A stretch of 64,000 bases of DNA, taken from the NCBI RefSeq assembly GCF_006345805.1, contig NC_043012.1, positions 31,248,001 through 31,312,000 on the forward strand. Direction: 5' to 3'. Origin of the DNA: Octopus sinensis. Lineage: Eukaryota. Positions 1-13,082 of this stretch are shown piece after piece. Each line of letters begins with the position of its first letter. Position 1 is the stretch's first letter. Below the pieces are notes generated by a model, which saw nothing but the letters and a program-made list of their open reading frames with translations, searched no databases and was not told where the DNA came from. The translations under genes and the position numbers were made by a program.

Positions 1-255
1 CCATAGTCTGATATCAGACTGTGGATGATTAGATTACATCAGTTATTATAGTCCATTGCTGTTATTATAGTGCATTGTTGTGTCATTCAGAACACATTAT
101 TACTATTTATTATTATTGTTTACAAACAATACACAATGCTTCAAGCGAACTACACAATAATAATAACGACCACAGAAGAATGAATTATACTTCGATATTA
201 CGTAAATTAGAGGAATTTATCTATAAATATAATACGTCACAATTAGTTGGTTGTC

Positions 256-319
256 ATAACAAAACTCAGAGTTTCGGATACCGAGACTGAAGTCTGCTCC
301 GGCATCACATCAGTTATTA
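256..319 (-). ncRNA. Hammerhead-ribozyme-like motif (type I, long stem II, degenerate) in a PLE-like repeat end
   Basis: Minus strand reads ttaataa-CTGATGT-GATGCCG..AGACT-TC-AGTCT..CGGTATC-C-GAAAC-TCTGA-GTT-TTGTTA, giving a 6-bp stem I with one G.U. The inverted partial copy at 474-536 has the canonical CTGATGA. Confidence 0.5.
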
Positions 320-536
320 AGACAAAACTTTATGAAAAAAAAACCCGTTGAATAAAGGGATATATATATACATATATGTGTGTGTGTGCGTACATGTATG
401 TGTGTGTGTATATGTGTATATATACGGATTCTATGAATGAAGTATTACTTTCACCATGCCTATTGGAGTAATTTCCCTTTGTTCAACGGTTTTTTTCATA
501 GCGTTTTGTCTTAATAACTGATGAGATGCCGAAGCA

Positions 537-549
537 TCTATTTATCTAT

Positions 550-602
<53 letters not shown>

Positions 603-631
603 ATCTATCTATCTATCTATCTATCTATCTA
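537..631. repeat. (TATC)n microsatellite
   Basis: Directly visible tetranucleotide array. Confidence 0.95.
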
Positions 632-633
632 AG

Positions 634-1695
634 TACAGGGGTAAGATTATGTGCACTTCTGTTTTTGTAATTTATTAAATCAGAAGCAGGGGTTGAACAA
701 TAATACCATTTTTCGACATAGTTTGCTTGCTTTCCGGTTCACTTTTTCCAGCGTCCACAAGCTTGCTGATTCAATGGACGTTGTTCGGCTGGTCGCGCAG
801 TCATTTATTCACCGTTTCCTGCGCTTCTTCGTCCGTAGCAAATTAATGACTATATAAAGGATGCCTGAGCGGTCGAAAAAGATGATAGTCGGAAGAGTGA
901 GCTCTGGACTGTATGCAGGGTGTTCCAGCAACCCGAAACTCAATTTTTCGCTGGTGTCAACGGTGTGAGCAGCCTGTACGGTAGTTCATTATCGTAAGGC
1001 GGCGAGCTGACAGAAACGTTAGCACGCCGGGCGAAATGCGTAGCCGTATTTCGTCTGCCCTTACGTTCTGAGTTCAAATTCCGCCGAGGTTGACTTTGCC
1101 TTTCATCCTTTCGGGGTCGATAAATTAAGGACCAGTTACGCACTGGGGTCGATATAATCGACTTAATCCGTTTGTCTGTCCTTGCTTGTCCCCTCTGTGT
1201 TTAGCCCCTTGTGGGTAGTAAAGAAATAGGTAGTTCATTATCGTGAAACAATAACAGTTGCTTTGATAATAGACCTCAGCGTTTTGCGCGAATTGCTGGT
1301 TTCATTTTGTTGTCCAGCATTTCACTGAAAGTCTATACTGGTGACTGTAGATCTCTTTTCCATGTAATGCTTCAGTACAGGCCATTTTGCGTTCCAAAAA
1401 CGATTAGTATAACTTTCTTGGTACTCATCTCGCACACATTTTATGGAAGCGAAGCTTTTGGATGATTTCGTATGCAGAACTATAACTAATTTGCAGAGAA
1501 TATACCACCTCATCGATGGCCACTCGTCATTTCGCCAGAACCATCCCTCCAGCTTCTTGAATATTCACACCAGTGATGGACGTTGGTAGGTTTCCTGCAC
1601 CCACTTGGTGCTTTATACTTGTCTGACCATTTTTAAACTTCTCGATCCACTCATACACACTTCTATTCTGTAGAGTGTTGTCTATTTGTTGTACG
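634..1695 (-). mobile_element. Degenerate, internally deleted mariner transposon interrupted by a SINE
   Basis: Minus-strand fragments: VYEWIEKFKNG (HTH), YEIIQKLRFHKMCAR, EMLDNKMKPAIRAKR..LLLFHDN, HPAYSPEL (HPPYSPDL-like), RWKK..NYVEK. The left end starts with TA. Confidence 0.8.
996..1228 (+). mobile_element. tRNA-derived SINE family A (young tail), octopus OK/OR-type; exact family not verified
   Basis: Head aaggcggcgagctgacaga..gagttcaaattcc and tail tttagccccttgtgggtagtaaagaaata. 16-bp TSD ggtagttcattatcgt at 980-995 and 1229-1244. Confidence 0.9.
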
Positions 1696-1699
1696 GAAA

Positions 1700-1860
1700 T
1701 ATGGTGTAGTGGTTAAGGTGCTGGATTCTCAATCTGAAGGCCGTGTGTTCGATTCTTTATCGAGCAGCGGAGTATTCTTTGGATAAGGGACAACATTTCT
1801 CATTACCCCAGACAGGTCAACTGAAATGAATACCAGTGGAGGGCAGTAACAGCTCCCACT
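1700..1860 (+). mobile_element. SINE with tRNA-Glu-like head
   Basis: A-box-like tggtgtagtggtt, CTC-containing loop and B-box gttcgattc, with no acceptor stem, followed by a non-tRNA body. Confidence 0.55.
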
Positions 1861-2110
1861 ATTTAAAGCTGCCACTTCCCAGACGATCTGCTAGATCAAA
1901 GGTGGGTGGGAGGAGAAAGTACCGGTGTCTGCTCGTGACAACATAGATTCCTAAATGAATTAGTGAAACATGACGCACGCTGCCATGTCATACTAGTTTA
2001 CCAACGACTCTTTTTTAATTGTAAATATCATCTCAGTTAATTGATTTTGTATGTTGAACATATTTCACTTTAGCTCAAGTCGTGATACACACACACACAC
2101 ACACAGACAT

Positions 2111-2154
<44 letters not shown>

Positions 2155-2290
2155 TTAACACACACACACACACACAAACGCGGTCACGCACATACACACA
2201 CACACATTCTCACAAATACACAAATACGCACAACCTCAAACAGATAAAAGTACACACGCACGCGCACATAAATTTATATCTAACAATATA

Positions 2291-2430
2291 TATGGCAGTG
2301 TGGTAAGAAGCTTGCTTCCCAGCCATATGGTTTCGGGTTCAGTGCCACTGCGTGTCACCCGGGGCAAACTTTGATCGGCTCGAAGCCTTGTGAATGGATT
2401 TTGTAGACGGAAACTGAAAGAAGCTCGTCG

Positions 2431-2500
<70 letters not shown>
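2291..2500 (+). mobile_element. SINE family B 5' half, ending in (TA)n
   Basis: tggcagtgtggtaagaagcttgcttccc..ggttcagt..gtagacggaaactgaaagaagc; matches other copies in the window. Confidence 0.8.
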
Positions 2501-2502
<2 letters not shown>

Positions 2503-3679
2503 CTCAGCCTAACCCACATACTCTACCTCTACCCCACCCAGCCTAACCCACACCCCATCCTTGCTTTCCCCACTCTCGCCTTCTCCACATCCCAACACCA
2601 CCGCACCACTACACCATACACCATCATACCACACAACACCTCATCACATCACCCCCACGCACACACTAGCACTGACCACTTTCCAGCCCCACACCATCAT
2701 CCACACACCTTCACATACACACATGCACGTATCAAGATCACCAGCCCTCTTCCACACGCACATACATGCTCTCTTATACATACGCACGCGCACCTTCGTT
2801 TTGGGATCACCACTACTTTATTATCTCCCTTTCTTCCTAGCTCTCCTATTCTACACACACACATATATAGAGGAGAGAGATAGGAAGAGAAAGAAAGGAG
2901 TGAGGGAGAGAGACGGAAACTAAATAGAAACTCCTCGTATATACGTGTGTGCATGTGTACGTGTGTGTGTTTATGATTGTGTCTTCCATCTTTGTCTGCG
3001 TCACCGAAACTTAGCGATTTGGCAAAGAAGACTCAATAGAATAAATAACAGAGTTTTAAAAGGTAAATGCTGCAGTCAATTACATCCACAAAAAGCCCTG
3101 CAAGGCGCTGGAATGTGGCTACGGACTAATGAATGAAAGAAAAGCATACATACATACATAAATACATACATACATACATACATAAGTGCGTACATACATA
3201 CAGACACGCATATATGTGCACAGCCACACGCCCACACGCACGCCTAATACCAACCTACTTACGTATTTCGCTGTATGCTTGCGCACACAAAGACTCGCAC
3301 ACCCACTCAAACACACACACACACACGCACACACACAATATTGAATGACGGTAGAGTTTGTATGTGATACACAGAAATGTCACAAGTCATGCCATAAAGC
3401 AAAATTACAGGAAAGAACAGTCACATGAAGAAGCGTGAACATGGTTGCATGCTACGAATCTAATATTCAATCAAAACACTGACAACCACCCCAGGCCTGT
3501 TTTACAGAAATTCATACATCTATATTCTTAAACTTGTGCTAGTAGATATTTTAGTTTTTCTGTTGCATTTTTCTTTATTTGGTTCTTTTTTTTTGTTCTT
3601 TTTCACTTAGTCTTTATCTCCAGGGAAAACATTTCTTGTGATTCAATTTGCTTAGTTTTCAAGCTCTCCATATTTTGGA

Positions 3680-4050
3680 TTAGAAACGGCCAAGATATAA
3701 TATCTTTCTCATCCGTGAGCGTACAGCTACATGTTGAGGATTAATATATATATTGTTCGGAAAACGAGGAAACATTCTCCAAATGTAGGTTACAAAAGTT
3801 TGCAAATATTCTGAAGTAAACTGTCTAGAGCTGAGGAGAAATCTATAGCAACCGTGCATTAAACTCTGTATAGAGAGGACAGATAATATTACCACGTGTA
3901 AGGCATGCTATCTTATTGATCGTATGAAGAATTAAGGAAATCATGCATTCTGCAGCGCAGTTTCTATTCTCTACGCCAATATCCACGAGCTTTGATCCAA
4001 TGGCGTCTTCTCCTAACACACAAGCCACAACCCATTTCGTTCTCTGGCGT
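3680..4050 (-). pseudogene. Possible highly degenerate L1/Tx1-like RT fragment
   Basis: Across frameshifts: ENRNCAAECMISLILHTINKI, VAIDFSSALDSL, SEYLQTFV..RFPNNIY, loosely resembling RT domains 2-3. Confidence 0.35.
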
Positions 4051-4419
4051 ATATAACATATATCCTGTTAGTACTAAGTGATTGGCTGGATTCTGTTGTA
4101 TAATATGAAGTAATACAGCTAAAAGTAGTAGAAACGATTCATAGAGTGAATATCAGGAGTTTTAAAGTATAAGATTAAGTAGTATTAGTGATCTAGAGAT
4201 CTAAATTTACATAATATAGTATGTAAATGTGTAAAATAACGAGTGGCATATATTTGCAGAATATTTGTGTGCACCCAGTTTTGGTTAAATCTTCTATCGT
4301 TTCAATGCATACATATTTATGCTTAAATTCCTATTCTTTGCACAATTCGATATACTGGCATGCCGTCGCTTACAACGACTGGGGTTCCAGTTGTAACAAT
4401 CACCTTATGAAATTAATGT

Positions 4420-4628
4420 GCAAGTGGCTGAGCATTCCACTGACACGTGTACCCTTAACCTAGTTCTCAGGGAGATTCAGCGTGACACAATGTGACAAGG
4501 CTGGCTCATTTGAAATACAGGTACAACTCATTTTTGTCACTTCAAAGACAAAATACGCTGCCGGGAATCGAACTCACAGCCTTACGCCCGTCAGTGGAAT
4601 ACTCTAATCAGCAAGCCACGCACCTTCA
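4420..4628 (-). mobile_element. tRNA-derived SINE family C (internally deleted)
   Basis: Minus-strand head gcgtggcttgctgattagagtattcc..gtgagttcgattcccggc and body gtgtcacgctgaatctccctgagaactagg. Confidence 0.65.
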
Positions 4629-4724
4629 ATTCGATGTAATGTCTAATAAAATATATAACATACCGCCTTCAAAAAAACCTCATAACAGCTCCTTCTGTTA
4701 AAGACACAAAGCCTGACATTTTTT

Positions 4725-5346
4725 GGAGTAGGGCTAGTCGAATACATCGACCCCAGTGCTTAACTGGTATTTATTTTATCGACTCTGAAAAGATGAAAGA
4801 CGAAGTCGACCTCGGCAGTATTTGAAGTCAGAGCGTAAATCCGGAAGAAATACCATTAAGCATTTTTTCCGGCGTGCAAAGGATTCTGATAGTTCGCCGC
4901 CTCTATAGCTCCTAATAGTTTCAACTTTTGGCACAAAACCAGCAATTTCATGGGGGGAGTGTAAGTCCATTAGAACGAACCCAGTGCTCAACTGGTACTT
5001 ATTTTGTTGACCCTGAAGGGAAGAAAGGTAAAGTCAACCTCAGCGGAATTTGACTTCAAAAGAAAGACGGACGAAATGATGCTAAGCAGAACGTAAAGAC
5101 AAACGAAATACCTATTTCTTTATTACCCACAAGGGGTTAAACACAGAGCGGACAAACAAGGACAGACATAGGTATTAAGTCGATTACATCAACCCCAGTG
5201 CGTAACTGGTACTTAATTTATCGACCCCGAAAGGATGAAAGGCAAAGTCGACCTCGGCGGAATTTGAACTCACTACGTAACGCAGACGAAATACCGCTAA
5301 GCATTTCGCCCGGCGTGCTAACGATTCTGTCAGCTAGTCGCCCTTG
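4725..5346 (-). mobile_element. Cluster of three SINE family A units
   Basis: Repeated cgaccccagtgc..aagtcgacctcggc..gaaat cores at ~4745, ~4980 and ~5190; the young tail joins at 5112. Confidence 0.85.
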
Positions 5347-5954
5347 TAGCTCCTAATAATTATAACACGAAAGAATAAACCATCGAGGGAGTTACTACAC
5401 GGTCGCTCGGGTTTCTAGAAATAGTAATCACACACTATCGAATCGCACACTATCGTTTTAAAAGAATGGTCATTGGATGATGTAGTTTTAACAGAAGGGC
5501 ACATTGGATAATGTAGTTGTACAAATGTTATCTCTACTCTAAAATAAAAAGAGAAAAAGATGTATATTTACGATTGAAATTTCTTTCCTGAGGCTAAAGA
5601 ACAAGAACAACAAAACGTATGTTATTTTATCTGTGAAATGGGATATTTAGTTACAAACATTAAGAATAAACTTGAAAACAATTGAGATATTTCATCTCTC
5701 ACATTTGAAATACATAGTTAAAGGCAGTTTCTGTCTGTGTAGTTGACAACATCCCAATGTTAGAGTCTACTTTCACTTTCAAGTTACTTTCAGATATCTT
5801 CCAAAGAGATCGATGTTTGATATACGCGGAACACCAAATAACAATATCTTTTGAAATCAATCTCTCCTCTTTGTCCTCTCCCCTCTCACAATCATATTTA
5901 CATAATTCCTTGGCTTTTAGATATTTGGTAATTTTCAGCTGCTTGACTTCTCCC

Positions 5955-6229
5955 AGATGATGATGATGACGACGAAAATGGGATGGAGGAGGAGGATTAC
6001 CACCCCCACAATCATCATCATCATCGTCCTCATTGTCCTCCTCAGCATCTGCCTATTCCTTGTCCACCTCCTCGTTGTGTTCCTCCACTCTGTCGTTCTT
6101 TCCCTTGTTGTCTTCTTCGTCCTCCTCGCCCTCCTTCTCATCCTGCTCGTACTCTTCCTCTTCCTCGTCGTCGTCGCCGCCGCCGTCGTCGTCGTCGTCG
6201 TCCTCCTCTTCCTCCTCCTTCTCCTCATC

Positions 6230-6287
<58 letters not shown>

Positions 6288-6290
6288 TTA
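5955..6290. repeat. Compound triplet low-complexity tract (GAT/CAT/CCT/CGT)
   Basis: Directly visible; explains the overlapping poly-amino-acid ORFs. Confidence 0.9.
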
Positions 6291-6689
6291 ATGTGAATCT
6301 GGCTATGAATATCATTACCTTGATCTTTTATATTCTTATTTTTCCTTTTGTTGTCTTCTAATTTTATTAATTTCTTCCCAACTTTTCTCATTTAATTTTC
6401 ACTGAATGATAATAAGCTGGTGGTGTTAAACTAGACAGTGGATTGAATTTACCTCTTATGTAGGTCACGGGAGGGTTTAATATTTACTGTGGTTATTACA
6501 TATCATGCACTGCAATTTTTAAAATATCTCATTTTTTGTTACTTTATAGTTCTGTATCTGATTACAGCGATCGCTTGGACGAGTCTTTACGACGGCTGAC
6601 ATTTGTTCGCCCAGATGATTATGGATATACGCTTGGAAAGTCTTGTTTCAGTCCTGTTTACTTGACTCTATCAGCTAGCCATTTTTTAT

Positions 6690-6935
<246 letters not shown>

Positions 6936-7986
6936 TGTAAACGTACACACATACACACACATGTATGTATGTATGCATGGTATACGTGATTTGTTGTTTT
7001 CAGGCAATAATGCGAAGTGTTCATGCCTGTGTGTTAGAAGTGTGTAGGTTCTGTTATGATCGTCTGTCGGTAAAATGAATTTTCCCCTCATACCTTAAAT
7101 TTTGGTGTAGTTGACATTACCGAAATACATAACCCTACGGCTTTTATTTTATAAATCCCATCCAACTTTGTCTGAATATTTAATTAGTATACCTAATAGA
7201 ACTTTCTACTATAGTAAAACTTAGCTTTACATAACAAGACTTACCATCCTTGATCTTGAGTTAATCCGAGCTTTAGAATGTTTTACTATTATTGGAAGTT
7301 ATCTTTGACATCACACAGAATTAATGAATTCTATTTGACTGATCGGGGAAGAGAAAACGCTGCTCTGAGCAATAAAACTATTCATAGAACCATGAAATCA
7401 GCTGTATACACGAAAACGCAGGCTTATATACACATCTTCGCGTACAAGTACATACTCGCATTCTCTATCACTCATACCCATTTGTACATACAGACACACA
7501 GACGCAGGCGCACACACAGACACACAAACATGCACACGCAGGCATGCACACATAAGCATGCACACATAAGCATGCACACACAGGCATGCACACATAAGCA
7601 TGCACACATAAGCATGCACACACACACATACACTAAGTAGCTCATAGAACCCCATAAAATGAATTGTTACCAATGTACTTGAATAAATATTTCAAAAACA
7701 TTCTTATCTTTTAAAATGTCTATGGTACCGTATTAAAAGAAGTTAATAGATCAATAAATCTAGTTTCCTGATTCTTGTTTTACTTTCGTTTCAGGCATAT
7801 CTGTTGTAGTTTATTTTTAACCATTAAAACTACTTTTTAAAGTTTTCCTACTTCATATACTTATCCACTTAGATGACACATTCTCACATTAGTCTAAATC
7901 TAATCTAAAACATTATAAATAATTACAATGATATCATTATAATTTCTACAAACATGATACAATCAGTTCAATATCTTAATACGATG

Positions 7987-8207
7987 TACGAGGGGGTGCT
8001 GAAAAGTTCCTGGCTTTGTGTAGAATAAAATACAGGAAGATCAGTAAATTACGATTTTATTCAACATATTCCCCTCTCAAATTCACACACTTATTGCAGT
8101 GGTCCTTCAGTTTTCTAAACTCCACGAAGGAACTCGGAAGATTGGGCCCCCAACAAGGCCTTTCGCAATACTCTTGAAGCCAGGAACTTTTCAGTACATC
8201 CCTCGTA
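7987..8207. mobile_element. Mariner-derived MITE
   Basis: TA-cgagggggtgctgaaaagttcctggctt ... aagccaggaacttttcagtacatccctcg-TA: imperfect TIRs with a TA TSD. Confidence 0.85.
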
Positions 8208-8330
8208 AAACACTATCAGAATAACAAAACGGATGTAGACCATTTAAAACAGGAACACTCAAATTTGCGTATCCCCACTCCTATTTTGTCACTGACAATG
8301 CTTATGTTAGTAAAAGACTACCTAAAAGTC

Positions 8331-8392
8331 ACCAACTGGTTAAGATCGCGGCCTACTAATTTAAAAATTCCAAGTTCGATTCCAAGCAGTGA

Positions 8393-8433
<41 letters not shown>

Positions 8434-8615
8434 TAATAATAATAATATAATAATAATAATATAATAATAATAATAATAATATATTTTAGGAATGAGAACC
8501 CAGGTTCGAAATTTCCCCAAGACACCTGACGAAGGCTGGCGGGTACATCAGCCGAAACGTTAACAACAAACAAAATAAGGGCAAATATCCGTCGAATGCA
8601 AATAATGTAAGTAAT
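8331..8615 (+). mobile_element. SINE-like element: tRNA-like head + (AAT)n + hammerhead ribozyme (family H2)
   Basis: tggttaag..gttcgattcc head, then (AAT)n, then ttaggaatgagaacccaggttcgaaatttccccaagacacCTGACGAAggctg..cagccGAAACgtt. Homologous copies at 63545-64000. Confidence 0.75.
8521..8561 (+). ncRNA. Minimal type-I hammerhead core with extra A
   Basis: gacac-CTGACGA-A-GGCTG-loop-CAGCC-GAAAC-GTT. The stem-I partner GTGTT is missing here but present in the 63637-63682 copy. Confidence 0.7.
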
Positions 8616-9644
8616 AGTTTGTCCTGTACTTTTACAGGTGTAATAACTTGTCTTGTTTATAATCTAGGTTTATTATCTTAAGAATATTACTTTACATGCT
8701 CGTACTTTTCCATGTAATAATAAAAATACTAAAATATGCACACGAATGGAAAGACGAAACCAAGATAACACTGAAGTTAAATATTTGCTTTATGTCTATG
8801 GAATCACTTGAGGATAAATATATATTCATATCTGACAAGTATATAAATTCGAACTAATGTAACAAGATTTGATTTGATATCGACATTATCTATTGGGGCG
8901 AGATTGTTATAACTTGAGTAACGTCAATAATTCTGGCTTTTCTTCTCTTCATGCTTCCAGCTAATTATTTAAACAATGCATTATTGGTCAACCAAGAAGA
9001 AGAGAATGTTCGTACAGATAAGTAACATTCCTAATAAGGATCCCAAGGTCATTAATCTGGTAAGAAGAACAGCTATATGAAAACAGATTTGATAGAAGGA
9101 AGTTTTATGAGAGGTTTTCGCTGTGCTCAGCTTTTCAAACATTTGTGTTACGTGTTGATCCGTATGTGTGTGGCTATCTGTCTGTCTGTCTGTATGTATG
9201 TATGTATGTATGTCTGTCTGTCTGTCTGTATGTCTGTCTGTCTGTATGTCTGTCTGTATATGAATGGATTCAACTAAACCCGTGGTACTCATAAAAAAGC
9301 TCCTTAATGTATCATTCTACAAAACATTACTACATCCAGAGGACACGACTAAGAAGCAGTGATGGAAATAAATTTTAGGAATTTGGGTTACGCTAAAATC
9401 TATGAGGGTCGAGATTGGGCCGGAGGGTTTTAAATGCAATAAATCTTACCCCTCCCGTGAAACTGAAAGTAGATGAATATCATCCTCTTGTGTATGCTAC
9501 CATTTCTGGCACTAACATAAAAGCATGGAACCAGGTGATGTATCTGGGAATTTATTGTTCCCAATATTCTGCAAGGAGCGCATACGCATTATGCTTTTAA
9601 TACATCTTCGACACAAATCTGTTCGCCCCACACGCACACACATA

Positions 9645-9701
<57 letters not shown>

Positions 9702-10004
9702 GCGCGCGCACACACACATACATACAAATTCAAACATGCATACAAATATTCACACCTACCCATAAACATATACACGTTTCAAAGCCTTATGATACTTCAC
9801 TGCGTATTCACTTATATAGATGTTATTGTCTTTTAATAACGTGTCCGATAACCTTTGGAACTGGTTACGCTTATTCAACTGATTTTCACTGGTAATACCG
9901 ATAAGATGCCATCTAACATATTCTGACAGTCCGAACCAACCTGAACCAACCCAGTCTTCAGTTCCTCACTCTACCTCTTTCCTATACATATTACACTAAA
10001 ATCT

Positions 10005-10056
10005 ATTATTATTATTATTGTTATTGTTATTATTATTATTATTATTATTGTTATTA

Positions 10057-10128
<72 letters not shown>

Positions 10129-10352
10129 CATCATCATCATCATCATCATCATCATTATTATTCGCAGAATCATAGAATCAATATAAGTTGTAATGTTTAT
10201 TGTCCGTTAAATATAATAAAAATAGCCTTGAACAGAATGCAGGAAAAGAAAAAAAAAAGGTTGGTCGGTTGTAACAAAAACACCATCCTCATAATCATCT
10301 TCGCCATCGTCATCACCGTCGCTGTTGTCATCGTCGTCGTCGTCGTAATCAG

Positions 10353-10418
<66 letters not shown>

Positions 10419-10420
10419 TA
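10005..10420. repeat. (TTA)n and (CAT)n microsatellites
   Basis: Directly visible. Confidence 0.9.
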
Positions 10421-11795
10421 CTTATTCAGCATCTGTATAACGATCTACGACAATATACAAGGAGTCTCCTCATCAAGAAATACAACTACTACATCCAGCA
10501 CAACTAATGTGACATTTTACGAATTAAATCTGAACAATGATCGCAAAATTCGGTAAATATTGTACAAAATATCCATTGAAATGTCACCTGTTGCCAATTA
10601 TAGCTATGTTAGTGTTTTTGTTCTTAGATGATCTTGGAATTTTGTAAAATCATTGAAGATAAAGTGATTTTTCCATCTAATAAAAGCTAGTGATTAAGAT
10701 GGAGACAGAGAAATACACTATTTTACGATCATACATTTAAGTAACAATAACTATGCTACACACGAAACACACGCACACACACAAATACACAATACACACA
10801 AATACACACACACACACACACATATATATCTAAGTATAATTATAAGAATAGGATTATAATAAAGGGCGCTGAAGTGACACACACACAAGCACACATATAT
10901 AGTTCGTATTTGTATTTGGTTTGCAATTCCTGTTGAAAGAAATACTATTGAACCTTGGGAGGGTCATTATGCCAGGGTAATAATAAACACGCACTGGTTT
11001 AGTCGCTTATTGTTATTGTTCAGTATTGTTCGTGTTGTTATTTCTTTTTTTTTTGTTAAATAATTATTTCATTGCATTTTTACAATCTCTTCAGTGACAC
11101 ATCGCTCTACTTCCATTTCTTTTGAACTTATGTTGAGATTTGCCCGAGATTTGTCCGAGATAAGTCCGAGTGTGTGTATGTCTGTATGTCTGTGTGTTTT
11201 TAAATACTGACTTATGTCATTTTTCATATATATATAAGATGGTGGTTTTGGTTTTCTCTCTGTTTTTTTTTCCGCAGACGCACACGTTCATCCATATAAC
11301 GTTTCTCCCAAAGACAGTTAAACCATCTTCTTAGTTTGATAAATGTTGAATAAATTGATGTCCACCTGTGCGTGAGTATGAGCATGCGCATGCGTGCGTT
11401 TGTGTTCGTGTGTTTATGGGAGTGCTAGTGTGTACGAGCGTGTGTGTCTGTGTTTGCGTGTTCCTGTGTGTGTGTGTTCGTGTGTGTGTGTGTGGGCATG
11501 TGTCTGTGTTTCAGTGTGTCTTTATGTGTGTGTAGCCGTGTGTGAATGTTCGTGTGTATGTTTGTGCGTTCGTATGTGTGTGAGTTCCTGTGTATTTGTG
11601 TTTACGTGTGTACTTCTGTATGCATGTTTCCGTTTGTGTGTGTGTGTGCGTATGCATATGTGTGTGTATCTGTGTGGGCGTCAGGGCATGTCTATGCCCT
11701 TGTTTGTATTTGCATGTGTGTGTGTGGTTGTCCGTTCGTGGGTATGTGTATGTGTGTATGTGTGTGCGGTCCATGAGTCTTTGTAAGTCTTTTGC

Positions 11796-12215
11796 CTATT
11801 GAGAGTATTTACTATTCAAAACCGGTCGTGTTTCGTTTATGAAGACTGACTCTCGTATCTGTCGTCGCGATGCGTAGTCCTGCGTAGACTGAACCCGGAA
11901 CCCTGATGTTGGGAGGAAAAACTTCTTACTACTCAACCTCACCAGACAGTTCGATACCATTCTCTTGACACCGCCAAAAGATATAGACAAGACACTTAAT
12001 CTTGCTAACCTCAGTGATAGTCATTATATAATAGATACCATGACATTGAGAAGAATATTTTTCTCTAGTTTGTTCAATGATACAAACGAATGGAAGAAAT
12101 AAACTGTAGCTGTGGCTCCTTCGAATGGACCCGGATGATTCAGAAACGATTGGCTGAAATACACTAAGGTTTACTGAAAGTAGGGTTTGGGTAACGAGAG
12201 GGAGGATGAGCAAAC
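11796..12215 (-). pseudogene. Degenerate Penelope-like GIY-YIG endonuclease C-terminal remnant
   Basis: FRVQSTQDYASRRQIRESVFINETRPVLNSK resembles the PLE C-terminal R.I.E..I...P.LN motif; upstream CLVYIFWRCQE. Confidence 0.5.
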
Positions 12216-12607
12216 CAAAGCTCCAAGCTATAATTTTGTTTAATTTTAGAGTATTTAGTTTCCAGAAAAAAGGCTAAGGAAGTAGTTCACTAAAAGACCG
12301 ACAATTGGGTTTTGTATCGGGGAATTTTAATAGAGAATAGTTTATTTTCATTTGAACATTTTCTTAGACTTAAGCGATCACATAATAAATAGGCTTGTGT
12401 TGACAGACATTTATCTTTGTTTTAAGTAAATTCAAACTGATTGTATCTTCTAAAATAGCAATTTTAGTCAGTTACAACTGGTAAGTAATGGCCACTTAAC
12501 ATGCAGTAGTTCCTGTGGGTCTTCATTAGAAAACTTGTCTTGAGCAAAGGAGAAGCCAAAGTGAAATGAAGGAGGCCCCAGATTTAGAATCACAGACAAA
12601 GGAAGAT

Positions 12608-12639
<32 letters not shown>

Positions 12640-12791
12640 TTGTGAGAGGAGAAAGGAATGCGTGAGAAGAAAAGAGAAAGTGATAGGAGAAAAAGATAGA
12701 GAGAGGGAGAATATAGAAAAATCATTAGATGTGAATCAAGTGAACAAAATCACACACTTCTTTGATGAATGTGTAAAATATAACGTAATAT

Positions 12792-13082
12792 AAGGCGGCG
12801 AGCTGACAGAGTCATTAGTACGCCGGACAAAATGTTTTGCAGCATTTCGTCCGTCGTTATCTTCTGTTTTCAAATTCCGGCGAGGTCGACTTTGCCTTTT
12901 ATCCTGGCAGAGTCGTCAGCACGCCCGGCAAAATGCTTAGCGGCATGTCGTCCGACTTTACATTCTGAGTTCAAATTCTGTCGAGGTTGACTTGCCTTTC
13001 AACCTTTCGAGGTCGATAAGATTGAGCACTGAGGTCAATTTAATAGGACTTAATCCCTTCCCTTGTGTCAAAATTTGAAATC
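12792..13082 (+). mobile_element. Degenerate SINE family A dimer (old tail)
   Basis: Two head/core segments gaggtcgactttgcc; ends ..tgtgtcaaaatttgaaatc. Confidence 0.8.
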
